Origin: Candidatus Borrarchaeum weybense
GTDB taxonomy: Archaea > Asgardarchaeota > Sifarchaeia > Borrarchaeales > Borrarchaeaceae
Length of the DNA: 64,000 nucleotides
NCBI GenBank assembly: GCA_019057385.1
Contig: JAHQJS010000004.1
Location: 1,044,727 to 1,108,726 of the forward strand
Reading direction: 5' to 3'
Shown here: in pieces, positions 45,311 to 55,795 of the stretch
Position numbering within the stretch: the first letter of the stretch is position 1
How the letters are laid out: every line of letters begins with the position of its first letter
The notes under the pieces: model-generated
What the model was told of the DNA's origin: nothing
Databases searched by the model: none
The model's input: only the letters and a program-made list of their open reading frames with translations
Translations under genes and position numbers: made by a program

Positions 45311-46753
45311 ATGACAGCTGAACCAATCTTGCTTGACATGGAATATGAATTAGCAAGAACGTTAAGCCTCCTCGATCTCACAATGATCGGAGTAGCTGGC
45401 ATGATAGGCGCAGGAATATTTGTATTAACTGGTGTTGCCGCAGGAGTCGCGGGACCAGCTTTAGTGTTAGCATTCTTGTTGAACGGAATAATAACAACTT
45501 TTACAGCCTTATGTTATGCTGAGTTGGGATCGGCCATACCAGAGGCGGGGGGTGGATTCCTTTGGGTAAAAGAGGGAGTAGGAGGACCAAGTGGATTTGT
45601 ATCTGGATGGATGTCCTGGTTAGCTCATACAGTTGCGGGGAGTTTGTACGCTCTTGGATTTGGCGCATATTTTGCACTGACATTGGAAATTATGGGTGTG
45701 TCTCTTTTTGGTTTCGGGTTGGAGTTGACAATTAAAATTCTCGCTGTCATTATAGTAGTAATCTTTATGTTGATTAACTTTAAGGGCGTTTCAGAGACAG
45801 GAACCGCTGGTAATATTGTCACCATTGCAAAAATAATCATATTAGCCGTATTCATTGGTAGCGGTCTCTATGTGATGTATACCCACCCAGATTTCGGTCT
45901 TAGCAATTTTCAGCCTTTATTCCCACATGGCCTGGGCGGCCTTTTTTTAGCATGTGGCTTGACATTTATTGCATTCGAAGGTTATGAGATTATTGCACAG
46001 GCAGGAGAAGAAGTACGTAATCCCAGAAAAAACGTCCCAAGGGCGACTTTTGTTTCAATCCTGATCGTAGTTCCCATCTATTGTCTAGTTGCATATGTTT
46101 CGATTGGAGCGCTCATAGTTGAAACCGGCACGACATGGGAATTCTTAGCACAGTTTGGAGAACTTGGATTAGTTGAAGCAGCTAAGCAGTTTATGCCAGC
46201 TGGTATATTTTTATTGACAATTGGAGGGCTTTTGAGCACGATGTCAGCGCTCAACGCAACAACCTACTCATCAACCCGAGTTTGTTTTGCGATGGCTCGC
46301 GATAATTTCATTCCGAAGAAATTGGCAACAATTCATAAAAAGACTCGTACCCCTCATATGGCACTCTTAATGAGCGGGATTATAATGATCAGTATGGCAG
46401 TATCGATTCCTTTGGAAGATGTTGCATCAGCGTCATCGATTATGTTTCTGCTCCTTTTTTTGCTGGTCGATGTTTCCGTGATTATGATTCGCAGAAAGAT
46501 TGGTAAACAGTTGGACTATGGCTATAAAACGCCACTCTTTCCGCTAGTCCCAATCATCGCAATTTGTGCAAATCTTGGTCTTGCAGTTTATCTCTTCTTT
46601 TACAGCCCAACAGCTTGGTATGTTACGCTCGCCTGGATTGGTGTCGGAATTCTGATATATTATCTTTACAGCAATAGGCACTATATTAGAAGAAAAGATC
46701 ACTGGAAGAAATTTGCTCACTTAAAGAGCGATATTGAAGAAAAAGGAAAATGA
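45311..46753 (+). CDS. APC-superfamily amino acid permease
   Basis: MIGAGIFVL, YAELGSAIPEAGG, AFEGYE, EEVRNPRKNVP. Confidence 0.93.
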   Translation: MTAEPILLDMEYELARTLSLLDLTMIGVAGMIGAGIFVLTGVAAGVAGPALVLAFLLNGIITTFTALCYAELGSAIPEAGGGFLWVKEGVGGPSGFVSGWMSWLAHTVAGSLYALGFGAYFALTLEIMGVSLFGFGLELTIKILAVIIVVIFMLINFKGVSETGTAGNIVTIAKIIILAVFIGSGLYVMYTHPDFGLSNFQPLFPHGLGGLFLACGLTFIAFEGYEIIAQAGEEVRNPRKNVPRATFVSILIVVPIYCLVAYVSIGALIVETGTTWEFLAQFGELGLVEAAKQFMPAGIFLLTIGGLLSTMSALNATTYSSTRVCFAMARDNFIPKKLATIHKKTRTPHMALLMSGIIMISMAVSIPLEDVASASSIMFLLLFLLVDVSVIMIRRKIGKQLDYGYKTPLFPLVPIIAICANLGLAVYLFFYSPTAWYVTLAWIGVGILIYYLYSNRHYIRRKDHWKKFAHLKSDIEEKGK

Positions 46754-46782
46754 TTTTCTACGTAAAACGATAAAAATCTATT

Positions 46783-48264
46783 CTAATCCACTTTTTTTGT
46801 GTGAGAATTATTTGAACTCATTGTTTCAAACTGTTTTAAGATAATTTTTGTATTTGTATGAGCAATTCCTGAAATCTCACGGATCTTTTCCAAGAGATCA
46901 TTAAGTTCAGGAACCGAATCTGTTTGTGCTATAGCTACTATCTCGTATTCCCCGCTCGTTTCGTAGACCCTGTCTAAGGGAAGCGCAGCCATTCGTCTCA
47001 CTATGTAACTGGTATAATATGAAGGATCAATTTTGCACGAAATCAACCCCATGACTTTACTAGGCGATATCCCCCTGAAACTTACTTTTAGGACTTCTTC
47101 TGCAATCTCAAGCAAGTCTTCATCTACGAAATTTCGTTTTTTATCTGCTACTTCTTTGATTTTTTGAACGATTTTGCTTAGTTGTTCATCATTAACAACA
47201 ATTCCTAGTTCTATCAACTTCTGTTCAACTGCTTTCTTGCCTGCGTATCTATCAACTAATAGTTGTCTCCCTCTTCCTACAAGATCTGGAGCAAACACTT
47301 CATATGTTTTAGGATTCGCAAGAACTCCCGCAGTATGTACACCTGCTTTATGAGAAAATGCATAATCACCAATAACAACAGCCTGTTGTCCTATAACCAC
47401 ACCACTTGCTCTTTCAACATATCGAGCGATTTTTGGAAGCATATCAAGCTTAAATCCAAGGTCAAGTCCATACATGACAGTCAGAGCAACACTTATTTCC
47501 TCAAGCCCTGTAATACCAGTCCGTTCTCCTAATCCATTTACAGTAGCATGTACACAGTTAGCGCCAGCCTCAAGTCCGGCTAATGCGTTTGCGGCAGCTA
47601 AACCAAGGTCATTGTGACAATGTACATCTATCCCAACGCTTTTTCCAAGGTGACGTTGCATGAATTTCACAAATCCTTTCATACCACTTGGAGTTAACAT
47701 GCCTACTGTGTCAGCAATTGAAATTCTATCAGCACCTGCTTCGTGAGCTGTGTCGCATGCTTCAATTAAGAATTGTGAATCAGAACGACTCGCATCTTCA
47801 GGTGTGAATCTTACTTTCAATCCATGATTACTTGCATAGTTCACTGAATTATAAATCATGTCTAGTACTTGTTCTCTGGTTTTTTTCAATTTATATTCAA
47901 GATGGATATCTGAAGTTGCTATAAATACAGCTACACGATCAACATTGCATTCAATTGCTTCCTCGATATCTGGTACTTTTGCTCTTACATGAGCAAGAAC
48001 TTCTGCTTTTAAACCCTGTTCCGCAATGGCTTTTACAGCTTCTTTAACACCTTTAGATACAGTAGGACACCCTGCTTCAATCATATGTACTCCAAATTCG
48101 TCTAGAAGTTGTGCAATCTTAATCTTGTCTTCAAGTGTGAAGAACACATTTGGGGTTTGTTCACCTTCTCTAAGCGTTGTGTCAAGTATTAAAATGTCTT
48201 CTGAAATCTTGACATCAGGCTTGAACTGTAAATCAAAGAAATTCTGATCTTCTAGTTTACTCAC
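46783..48264 (-). CDS. Homocitrate synthase / LeuA-family enzyme with C-terminal RAM (Lrp ligand-binding) domain
   Basis: DTTLREGEQ, RFTPEDASRS, HCHNDLG, GLGERTG, HKAGVH; VYETSGEYEIVA RAM tail. Confidence 0.8.
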   Translation of the reverse strand: MSKLEDQNFFDLQFKPDVKISEDILILDTTLREGEQTPNVFFTLEDKIKIAQLLDEFGVHMIEAGCPTVSKGVKEAVKAIAEQGLKAEVLAHVRAKVPDIEEAIECNVDRVAVFIATSDIHLEYKLKKTREQVLDMIYNSVNYASNHGLKVRFTPEDASRSDSQFLIEACDTAHEAGADRISIADTVGMLTPSGMKGFVKFMQRHLGKSVGIDVHCHNDLGLAAANALAGLEAGANCVHATVNGLGERTGITGLEEISVALTVMYGLDLGFKLDMLPKIARYVERASGVVIGQQAVVIGDYAFSHKAGVHTAGVLANPKTYEVFAPDLVGRGRQLLVDRYAGKKAVEQKLIELGIVVNDEQLSKIVQKIKEVADKKRNFVDEDLLEIAEEVLKVSFRGISPSKVMGLISCKIDPSYYTSYIVRRMAALPLDRVYETSGEYEIVAIAQTDSVPELNDLLEKIREISGIAHTNTKIILKQFETMSSNNSHTKKVD

Positions 48265-48364
48265 AGGATCACCAAGTTGAATTAAAAACTAATCTGGATT
48301 TGATGCTATAACAAAACTTTTTTTGCATCAAAGTGTCTTAATGTATTTAAACGTTGTGATAGAA

Positions 48365-48420
48365 AGTTTGAAAAAATTACCAAAAAGTTTGAAAACATTC
48401 ATCTTTAGTTTGAAAACATT
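48365..48420. repeat. AGTTTGAAAA x3 at 21-bp period in the divergent promoter
   Basis: Copies start at 48365, 48386 and 48407. Confidence 0.75.
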
Positions 48421-48504
48421 TAATTTGTTTAAAAAACTTATACTGAAAAAAACTAAACGAATACAAAGAACAACAATAATAAGTAACAACAATAATAGGC
48501 GAGT

Positions 48505-49761
48505 GTGTCTACAATGGGAAAGACGTTAACTGAAAAGATTCTTTCGAAAGCATCTGGTAAAGAATGTAGAGCCAACGACATCGTTGTTGTAGATGTCAAT
48601 GTTGCGATGGCACATGATAGCACAGCACCTTTGGCTATTGAAGAAATGTACAAAATGAAAGATCATGTGTTCGATCCTGATAAGATTGTTATTGTGCTTG
48701 ATCATGTAGCCCCTTCTCCAACTGTAATTATGTCTAATGTGCATAAGGGCATAAGAGAATTCGTTCGTAAGACTAACGTTCATTTTTATGATGTAGGTGA
48801 AGGAATTTGTCATCAACTTCTCATTGAGAACCATATTAAGCCTTATGATGTTGTTATTGGCGCAGATTCGCACACCTGCACTCATGGAGCGGTCGGCGCA
48901 TTTGCAACTGGTATGGGAAGTACAGACTTAGCAGCTATTTTTGCATATGGAAAGACTTGGTTAAAAGTTCCTGAAGCTGTTAAAATTTCAGTAAATGGGG
49001 ATCTTAAATTTCCACTCACGCCAAAAGATGTGATTTTGGATATCGCAAGGGAAGTTACCGCCGACGGGGCAACCTACAAGGCTATTGAATTCGAGGGTGA
49101 AACGGTATCCAATATGAATATGCCTGGACGATTCACCTTATGTAATATGGCGATTGAAATGGGCGGAAAAACTGGATTAATCGCAGTTGATGAAGTTACA
49201 GAACGTTTTTTTAAAACAGAACGCGGTATAGGTAGTATCCCATCTCTTACAAGTGATGAAAATGCTGAGTATATAGATCACTATGAATTTGACGCAACAA
49301 GCCTAGAACCTATGATCGCATTTCCACACAGAGTTGACAATGTAAAACCAGTGACCGAGTTTGAAGGGTTAGAAATACATCAGTGTTTCATTGGAACCTG
49401 TACAAATGGTCGACTTGAAGATTTAGAAATCGCAACTCGATTCTTAAAAGGAAAGAAAGTCAAATCAAGGTTGATTGTGATACCAGCATCAAGGAAAGTA
49501 TATCTGGAGGCATTAGAGCGGGGGTATATAAACACCTTGATGGAGGCTGGAGCGATTATTGGTCCAGCTAGTTGCGGCCCTTGTGTTGGGAGGAACTTTG
49601 GGATACTAGCTGACGGCGAAGTGTGTCTTACAACGCAAAATCGAAATTTTAAGGGTAGAATGGGAAACCCAAAATCAGAATTATTCCTTGCTTCACCAGC
49701 AACTACTGCCGTTTCCGCAATTTATGGAAAAATTACAGATCCAAGAGGTGAACTCAAATGA
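48505..49761 (+). CDS. hacA: Homoaconitase / isopropylmalate dehydratase large subunit
   Basis: GICHQ, GADSHTCT, IGTCTNGR, SCGPC, NRNFKGRMG. Confidence 0.85.
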   Translation: MSTMGKTLTEKILSKASGKECRANDIVVVDVNVAMAHDSTAPLAIEEMYKMKDHVFDPDKIVIVLDHVAPSPTVIMSNVHKGIREFVRKTNVHFYDVGEGICHQLLIENHIKPYDVVIGADSHTCTHGAVGAFATGMGSTDLAAIFAYGKTWLKVPEAVKISVNGDLKFPLTPKDVILDIAREVTADGATYKAIEFEGETVSNMNMPGRFTLCNMAIEMGGKTGLIAVDEVTERFFKTERGIGSIPSLTSDENAEYIDHYEFDATSLEPMIAFPHRVDNVKPVTEFEGLEIHQCFIGTCTNGRLEDLEIATRFLKGKKVKSRLIVIPASRKVYLEALERGYINTLMEAGAIIGPASCGPCVGRNFGILADGEVCLTTQNRNFKGRMGNPKSELFLASPATTAVSAIYGKITDPRGELK

Positions 49762-50270
49762 AAACCGTAATTCGAGGAAAAGTATTTGTCTTCGGAGATG
49801 ATGTAAACACAGATGAGATCATTCCAGGCATTAGAATTCGCGATGCTCCCAACTTACAAGACCTCGCAAAATATACCTTTGAACCAGTAAGACCTAATTT
49901 TTGGAAGGAAGTAAAAGAAGGCGACATAATAATGGCTGGAAAAAACTTCGGATGTGGAAGCTCGAGAGAGATGGCTCCTTTAGTAATAAAAGAAACTGGA
50001 ATAAGAGCAATTCTTGCCAAATCTTTTGCCAGGATTTTCTATAGGAATGCAGTTAATATTGGTCTGCCACCACTTGAATCTAAAGATATTAATCAATTTG
50101 TTCAGGAAGGCGATGAACTAGAAATCAATTTGGATGAGTTTGCAGTAACAAATATTACGAAAAATAAGTCAATACGGCTCAAACCACTCCCTACGTTTTT
50201 AATAGAAATGCTGCAGGAAGGAGGGCTTGTCTCTTATCTGATAACGAAAGATGGTTATTCAACTATTTAG
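49758..50270 (+). CDS. hacB: Homoaconitase / isopropylmalate dehydratase small subunit
   Basis: GDDVNTDEIIP, NFGCGSSRE, SFARIFYRNAVNIG. Confidence 0.85.
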   Translation: MKTVIRGKVFVFGDDVNTDEIIPGIRIRDAPNLQDLAKYTFEPVRPNFWKEVKEGDIIMAGKNFGCGSSREMAPLVIKETGIRAILAKSFARIFYRNAVNIGLPPLESKDINQFVQEGDELEINLDEFAVTNITKNKSIRLKPLPTFLIEMLQEGGLVSYLITKDGYSTI

Positions 50271-50325
50271 GAAATTATAGAATCTGAACTAGAATGTGCT
50301 CTATTTGTTTCGAAACTCATAAGAC

Positions 50326-51558
50326 TTGATTGCAATGCATGAAGAGGCAATTAAGAATTTGATAGTGGAAAAAATTTCATCCTATCAATCAGAAATTCTT
50401 GATTTCACTAAGAGACTTATAAGTATACCAACTGAAAATCCGCTAGGTACGTCATATAAGGCATGTGTTGACATCATTGCAAAGAAATTACATGAGATTG
50501 GATTGGATTACACCATAATCGACGTCCCTGATATCACAGACAGAAACCCATTTCCTCGTTATTGCCTCTTAAGTTTCAATGGAAAGGGTAAAAGGACTTT
50601 GTACTTCCATGGTCACTACGATGTTGTCCCCGCACAGAACGATACTCAGTTCCGTCCGTATGTTGAGGATGGCAAACTCTACGGCCGTGGTTCCTCGGAT
50701 ATGAAGAGTGGCTTAGCAGCTATGATTTATGCCATCAAAGCAATAAAGGAAAGTAATATCGAACTCAACGGCAGGATTGGATTAGTTATAGTCCCAGATG
50801 AGGAGACTGGTGGCGCACGAGGATCACAATATCTCGTTGAAACCGGCTTGCTCGGAAAAGACGGCATCGGAATGCTTATGCCAGAACCGACAAGCGGTAT
50901 GATCTGGAACGCAAACCGCGGTGCCATTTCACTCCGTATAACTGTGAAGGGCAAACCTGCTCATGTTGGTCTACATTATCAAGGTGTTAATGCATTTGAG
51001 CGAATGCTCGTTGTAGCAAATGCCTTACTAGAAGTAAAAGCTGATATTGAGTCTCGAAAGACTGATTTCAAGATTGAGCCAGAAGCAGCTCGACGCTCCA
51101 TTCTATTGATTGGAGGAAGAAGTGAAGGCGGTACAAATTTTAATATCACACCTGCTGAGTGCTCGTTCACAGTAGATCGAAGAATTAATCCAGAAGAAGA
51201 TCTTGAAACAGAAAAAAAGAGTTTATTCGATCTGTTTGACAAGCTTAGACGCGATGGTATAGATCTTGATATTGAGATTCTCCAAGAAGGGAGATCAACA
51301 GGCTTTCCAGAAGATCATCCTGTAGCAAAAACATTGGCTGATAGCGTAAAATTGATTATAGGGCGAATTCCATCATTTGAAATGTGTCCTGGACTTTTAG
51401 AAATTCGTTTTTATGCCCAACAAGGAATTCCATCCTTTGCTTATGGACCGGGACTTTTGTCTGTTTCACATGGTCCTAATGAATTTGTTAAAATCAAAAA
51501 AATTTATAATTGCGCTACGATTTATGCTCTCACAGCCGCGCAATTACTGACATCTTAA
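50326..51558 (+). CDS. M20 metallopeptidase / ArgE-DapE-family deacylase
   Basis: HGHYDVVP, GRGSSDMKSG, DEETG, EPT, HGPNE. Confidence 0.9.
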   Translation: MIAMHEEAIKNLIVEKISSYQSEILDFTKRLISIPTENPLGTSYKACVDIIAKKLHEIGLDYTIIDVPDITDRNPFPRYCLLSFNGKGKRTLYFHGHYDVVPAQNDTQFRPYVEDGKLYGRGSSDMKSGLAAMIYAIKAIKESNIELNGRIGLVIVPDEETGGARGSQYLVETGLLGKDGIGMLMPEPTSGMIWNANRGAISLRITVKGKPAHVGLHYQGVNAFERMLVVANALLEVKADIESRKTDFKIEPEAARRSILLIGGRSEGGTNFNITPAECSFTVDRRINPEEDLETEKKSLFDLFDKLRRDGIDLDIEILQEGRSTGFPEDHPVAKTLADSVKLIIGRIPSFEMCPGLLEIRFYAQQGIPSFAYGPGLLSVSHGPNEFVKIKKIYNCATIYALTAAQLLTS

Positions 51559-51579
51559 TTCAAAGAAAAGCCAAATACT

Positions 51580-53634
51580 CTAATAATCCTCTAGACTTGT
51601 AGGAATTGGTTTAATCATAGAACTAGAGCATAATTCATGACTTGTACGCCCCTCTTTAGGTGCAGGAACATGGCAATTCGTGCGTAAAGTTGTTCCTAAG
51701 GAAGTTATAGTATCTCCAACTGCTCTGAACTTTTCTGCTAATTCTGTAAGTGCGGAAGGTCCGACAAAACCTGTAACATCCTTTAAGAGGTTATTGTATT
51801 CGTGGGCTTTCCATTTACCGAAGAGTGAAATATAATTAAGTTTTTCTAGATCTATTATCGCTTCGCCACAACTTGGGCATACGAAATTAGGTCCAGTCAA
51901 AATCTCGTTGACCAGTTCATCGTATTCTTTTGAACCAAAGTTTAAAGCGCCCATTCGCTTAGGTAACACGCTTTGCAAACCAACAAGTTCAAGAGGAGGT
52001 TCTGATCTATGTCCACATTTTATACAGTAAAATTGTTTTTCTGTAAATAGTCTCCAGCAAACCGCTGGCAGTGGGTTATAAAAAATCCCGAGCTTGTGGA
52101 AGAAATAAACGCGAACTTGTTTATTTTTCCTCCAGTGAACCGTGTCTATTCCTAATGTGAGGAACTTAACATCAATAGGGAGTTTTGCATCCTCACAATC
52201 TAAAAAGAATTCTTTCCAATGAACGTCGGTTGCAATGTATTTTACGATTGTCTGCTTTTTTCTAAATCCTCCGGGTTCGCCTCCAAAAGGCTGGAAAACA
52301 AAGTCTATTCTCTCAAAATCAGGAAGTTCATGCTCCCAGTAGACCGGTTCATACCAAGGTTGCTCTCTAATGCGCTTGTCAATCCAGAAATACCATAATC
52401 GTAATGCTAGATGATCTTCTTGGCTTGAAAATCCACTTGAAGACCCAATAAACGAAAATAACTCGGGAACAACCATTCTGATAGGGTCATAGAAGATGTC
52501 GTCAGTGATATGTCCAAATAATTTACCAATCTTTTCATCAGCAAGATAGGCCTCCACTGTGCCTTTTTTGTGATAAATCACCTTAAGATCAATATTTGGA
52601 TCATAAGGCACATATTTTATCGTATCAATGGGATACCATCGTGGGTTATAGAGTGGTTTTCTGTTTCCATCAAAACGAATTTCAATTTTGTCTTTAGCGA
52701 TGCGTTCATATACTGGTCTTACATAATCTAGATTTCCTTGGAGATCCTTCGGATAATGGAAAACAAAAGTTTGCTCACCAGAAGGAATTAACATATTATT
52801 TTTGTATTCTTCTTCAGCTAATAGAGTGACTGAATAAGATTTATTCAGAGTTCCGCTAGCACCTGGATAATGACGTACGAAGAAATAAGCAAAGCTCTCT
52901 GGCGCTACGTTTTTCATATTGAAACCAAAAGTTGACCCACCGCCCCAGAGAATCCTTAATCCATCTTTTCGAAGGTCAACGTTTACGTTTTCGTCATCAA
53001 CGCCTAACACATATTTGGAATATTCCGCGTTGTCACTCTGAAATCCAGTGATCTTGGGTCGTATAATTAAATTTTCAATAGAGGGATCAGTCACAGTTAC
53101 TCGAACTTTGAGAGTGCAAAGGCCTTCAGGTAGATACTCTAATTCATTGAATGGAGGTCTATCGACAAGTTTTTCTAATTTCAGTTTAACACGATTGCGT
53201 CTTTTCTCAAAGAAATCCTCTCCATAATCTCTTTTTGCTAAGAAAGCACTTTGGGCTGCAATCGCGGCCTTTTCTTTACCGTACAGTTTTGGCGTAAATT
53301 TTTCAAACCATTTGCTATTGTTTTTAACAAAGCGTTTTTGTTTATCGGAAAGAGTGCCTAATAGATTTTTTACCCGATTATTAATATTATGAAGTGTCCG
53401 AGCTAAGTTCTGAGTTTTATCGAAGTTTAGCTTCTTTATTTCATCATCGATATTGTCAAGTCGTTTATTAACGTACTTTTTGGCATACCAAACGTATTTC
53501 TTGACAGTAGCTTCCATTAATTTGATTGCATCACGATTTTTAGGATCGATTTCAAGTATTTTTTGTAAATCATCTAAAGCAGCAGTGTAATATCCTCTTT
53601 TTAAACGCTCTTTTATTAAATCTATGGTCTCCAT
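51580..53634 (-). CDS. Hypothetical 684-aa protein: N-terminal TPR-like repeat, aromatic-rich core, split zinc ribbon
   Basis: YTAALDDLQKILEIDPKN; CIKCG...CPSCG. Confidence 0.75.
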   Translation of the reverse strand: METIDLIKERLKRGYYTAALDDLQKILEIDPKNRDAIKLMEATVKKYVWYAKKYVNKRLDNIDDEIKKLNFDKTQNLARTLHNINNRVKNLLGTLSDKQKRFVKNNSKWFEKFTPKLYGKEKAAIAAQSAFLAKRDYGEDFFEKRRNRVKLKLEKLVDRPPFNELEYLPEGLCTLKVRVTVTDPSIENLIIRPKITGFQSDNAEYSKYVLGVDDENVNVDLRKDGLRILWGGGSTFGFNMKNVAPESFAYFFVRHYPGASGTLNKSYSVTLLAEEEYKNNMLIPSGEQTFVFHYPKDLQGNLDYVRPVYERIAKDKIEIRFDGNRKPLYNPRWYPIDTIKYVPYDPNIDLKVIYHKKGTVEAYLADEKIGKLFGHITDDIFYDPIRMVVPELFSFIGSSSGFSSQEDHLALRLWYFWIDKRIREQPWYEPVYWEHELPDFERIDFVFQPFGGEPGGFRKKQTIVKYIATDVHWKEFFLDCEDAKLPIDVKFLTLGIDTVHWRKNKQVRVYFFHKLGIFYNPLPAVCWRLFTEKQFYCIKCGHRSEPPLELVGLQSVLPKRMGALNFGSKEYDELVNEILTGPNFVCPSCGEAIIDLEKLNYISLFGKWKAHEYNNLLKDVTGFVGPSALTELAEKFRAVGDTITSLGTTLRTNCHVPAPKEGRTSHELCSSSMIKPIPTSLEDY

Positions 53635-53938
53635 ACTGACCTATCTCCGCATTCGTCAGCTATAAGTTTCGATTATATAAGACGAATTATTCACGAAAAA
53701 TATTGTTTTGTTGGTTTGTATTTCTTTCTATGATGAAAAATGACTACATCCTAAAAAAATATTTGGACACATCATCTGTTCGCCTGATGTCATCTAAATT
53801 TCATTGGTATTAAATTAAGAATTCGCAAAACAAGTATTCACAAAAAAAAGGAAAAAAAAGATCTCAATTGCCTTTTAAAACCATATATCACATATAGAAA
53901 CAATAGTCTACGTTTATCGATTGATCTATTCCAGGTGC

Positions 53939-54166
53939 CTACTTATTAAGTACAACGTAAATAATGCTTGCTATCTGTCCGATTACGGCTATTACCATCC
54001 CTACAAACATTAGCACAATGCCTACGACTCCTCCAGCTAAACCACCGAGACCAATCGCAGCGCCTAAACCGCCGACAATTGCAATCACAAAACCGATCAC
54101 GAGCCAAATCAAACCATAGAGAAATGCTTTAATTCCTAAAATGAAGGCTTCGCCCCATGTTACCAT
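53939..54166 (-). CDS. Small Gly-rich two-TM membrane protein
   Basis: GAGGT SD; two hydrophobic helices. Confidence 0.7.
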   Translation of the reverse strand: MVTWGEAFILGIKAFLYGLIWLVIGFVIAIVGGLGAAIGLGGLAGGVVGIVLMFVGMVIAVIGQIASIIYVVLNK

Positions 54167-54334
54167 AGATACCTCTCCGTTTTTTTAAATGAAATATTGG
54201 CGTTCACCTTAATATATCATTTTGTTTTTTAAACAAAGTCGATTCTTTTTGGAAAGGCGTTTCAAAGCAAAGGCAATATGATTAAATGGCTAATTGTCGA
54301 AATATGTAGGAAAAATATCTGGAGAAGTGGTAGT

Positions 54335-54940
54335 TCAGAAAGAAACATACGGTCTACATTGGTTTTTTCGAATTGCGTCTACAATATCATCTATAGATTC
54401 AATAGTTGTTTCAAAAATTGTAGTAGAACGTCCAACACATTTTAATGAATGTGCGTCTGAGCCTCCTATCATAGTTAAGTCTAACTGCTGCGCTGCCAAC
54501 CGAGCTTTCGCTTTCGCTTTTTTACTATCCATTGCATTAGCAACTTCAATTCCGTCTAAGACATCTCCCAGATTATAAACCAAGTCACCTAAACTTCCAT
54601 AAACGTTTCGAAAAGGATGTGATGCTACGACAACACCTCCCTTTTTGTGAATCTCTTTTATTGTGTCGATTGCACGTAGCCCCACAGGAAGTGTTTCGTC
54701 TATTCCATAAGCCAATAGATGCCCGTCTAAGGTAGTAACTTCAATCCCAAAAAAAACTTTGATATCATATTTTTCCTTTGCATATTTCTGAGCAATCCTC
54801 GCCCCATTTATGACGTCATGATCCGTAATAACAATACCATCAACATTTAATAGTGCTGAAAGAGTAGAGAGAAGTTCGTGAATCTCGATATGAGAACAAG
54901 CAGAATATTTTGTATGTACGTGCATATCTATAATCGACAT
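54335..54940 (-). CDS. PHP-family phosphoesterase
   Basis: DMHVHT, ITDHD, GIEV, SHPF, GGSDAH. Confidence 0.92.
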   Translation of the reverse strand: MSIIDMHVHTKYSACSHIEIHELLSTLSALLNVDGIVITDHDVINGARIAQKYAKEKYDIKVFFGIEVTTLDGHLLAYGIDETLPVGLRAIDTIKEIHKKGGVVVASHPFRNVYGSLGDLVYNLGDVLDGIEVANAMDSKKAKAKARLAAQQLDLTMIGGSDAHSLKCVGRSTTIFETTIESIDDIVDAIRKNQCRPYVSF

Positions 54941-54948
54941 TTGTTTCC

Positions 54949-55701
54949 CTAAGCCTTTTTTTTGAGGAGATTCTCTGGTTTTTGTTTTCGTTGATTCAGA
55001 AAATACTCCAAGATATATTTTTGTGTCCTAAAAATAGACTTAATTGATAGTTTTGACTCACCTAATTTTCTTAGTTGATGTCGTACAGGTATTTCGATAA
55101 CTTTGAACCCTAAATCTTCAGCCTTTTTTACTAATTCTGCATCAATTAACCAGCCTTTTGAAGATATCTTTATTTTGGAAACAAATTCTCGTCTTAATGC
55201 TTTAGGCTTTCCATTAATATCATTATAATTCAATCCAAAAAATAGACGCATAAGAACCCGATTATAAACCATTGAAACAATTTTCCGAAATAAAGAGTCT
55301 TTTCTATTCTTTCTCCATCCAATAACTAGTCCAACATTATCTCGTTGTAAATAATCCAAAAGAACCGGAATATCACTTGGATCGTTTTGTAGATCTGCAT
55401 CGATCCATACTATGAATTCTGTTACAGATTCTTTGAACCCTGTTTTAATTACATCGGAGTATCCTTTATTCGTTTCATTTTGGACAAGACGTAAAAAAGG
55501 ATATTCAGTAATAGCATTTTCGACTATTTCTGCAGTTCTATCAGTACTTCCATCATCTATTACAATACATTCCATTTCCAATTTGGAGTTGGAATATAAG
55601 TCGTTCAAAGCATCAATTGTTGTTCTAATGGACGCTTCTTCGTTAAACGCTGGAATGAAGATGGATAGTCTTTTCATCTGAACCCTCATTTTTGTTGGCA
55701 T
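54949..55701 (-). CDS. GT2 polyprenol-phosphate glycosyltransferase (DPM1-like)
   Basis: IPAFNEE, IDDGSTD, IDADLQNDP. Confidence 0.9.
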   Translation of the reverse strand: MPTKMRVQMKRLSIFIPAFNEEASIRTTIDALNDLYSNSKLEMECIVIDDGSTDRTAEIVENAITEYPFLRLVQNETNKGYSDVIKTGFKESVTEFIVWIDADLQNDPSDIPVLLDYLQRDNVGLVIGWRKNRKDSLFRKIVSMVYNRVLMRLFFGLNYNDINGKPKALRREFVSKIKISSKGWLIDAELVKKAEDLGFKVIEIPVRHQLRKLGESKLSIKSIFRTQKYILEYFLNQRKQKPENLLKKKA

Positions 55702-55795
55702 TGAGCAATTGTTTTTTCGTTGTGTCTTTTAGACTTTAATTGAAAATAGTTATGTGTAGATTATTTTAATATTCATCGTCTTAACGTAAGGAAAA

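Noticed and set aside
48365-48420. Periodic AGTTTGAAAA repeats as a mini-CRISPR
   Set aside because: 10-bp unit with 21-bp period is far too short and no cas genes are present; fits operator sites.
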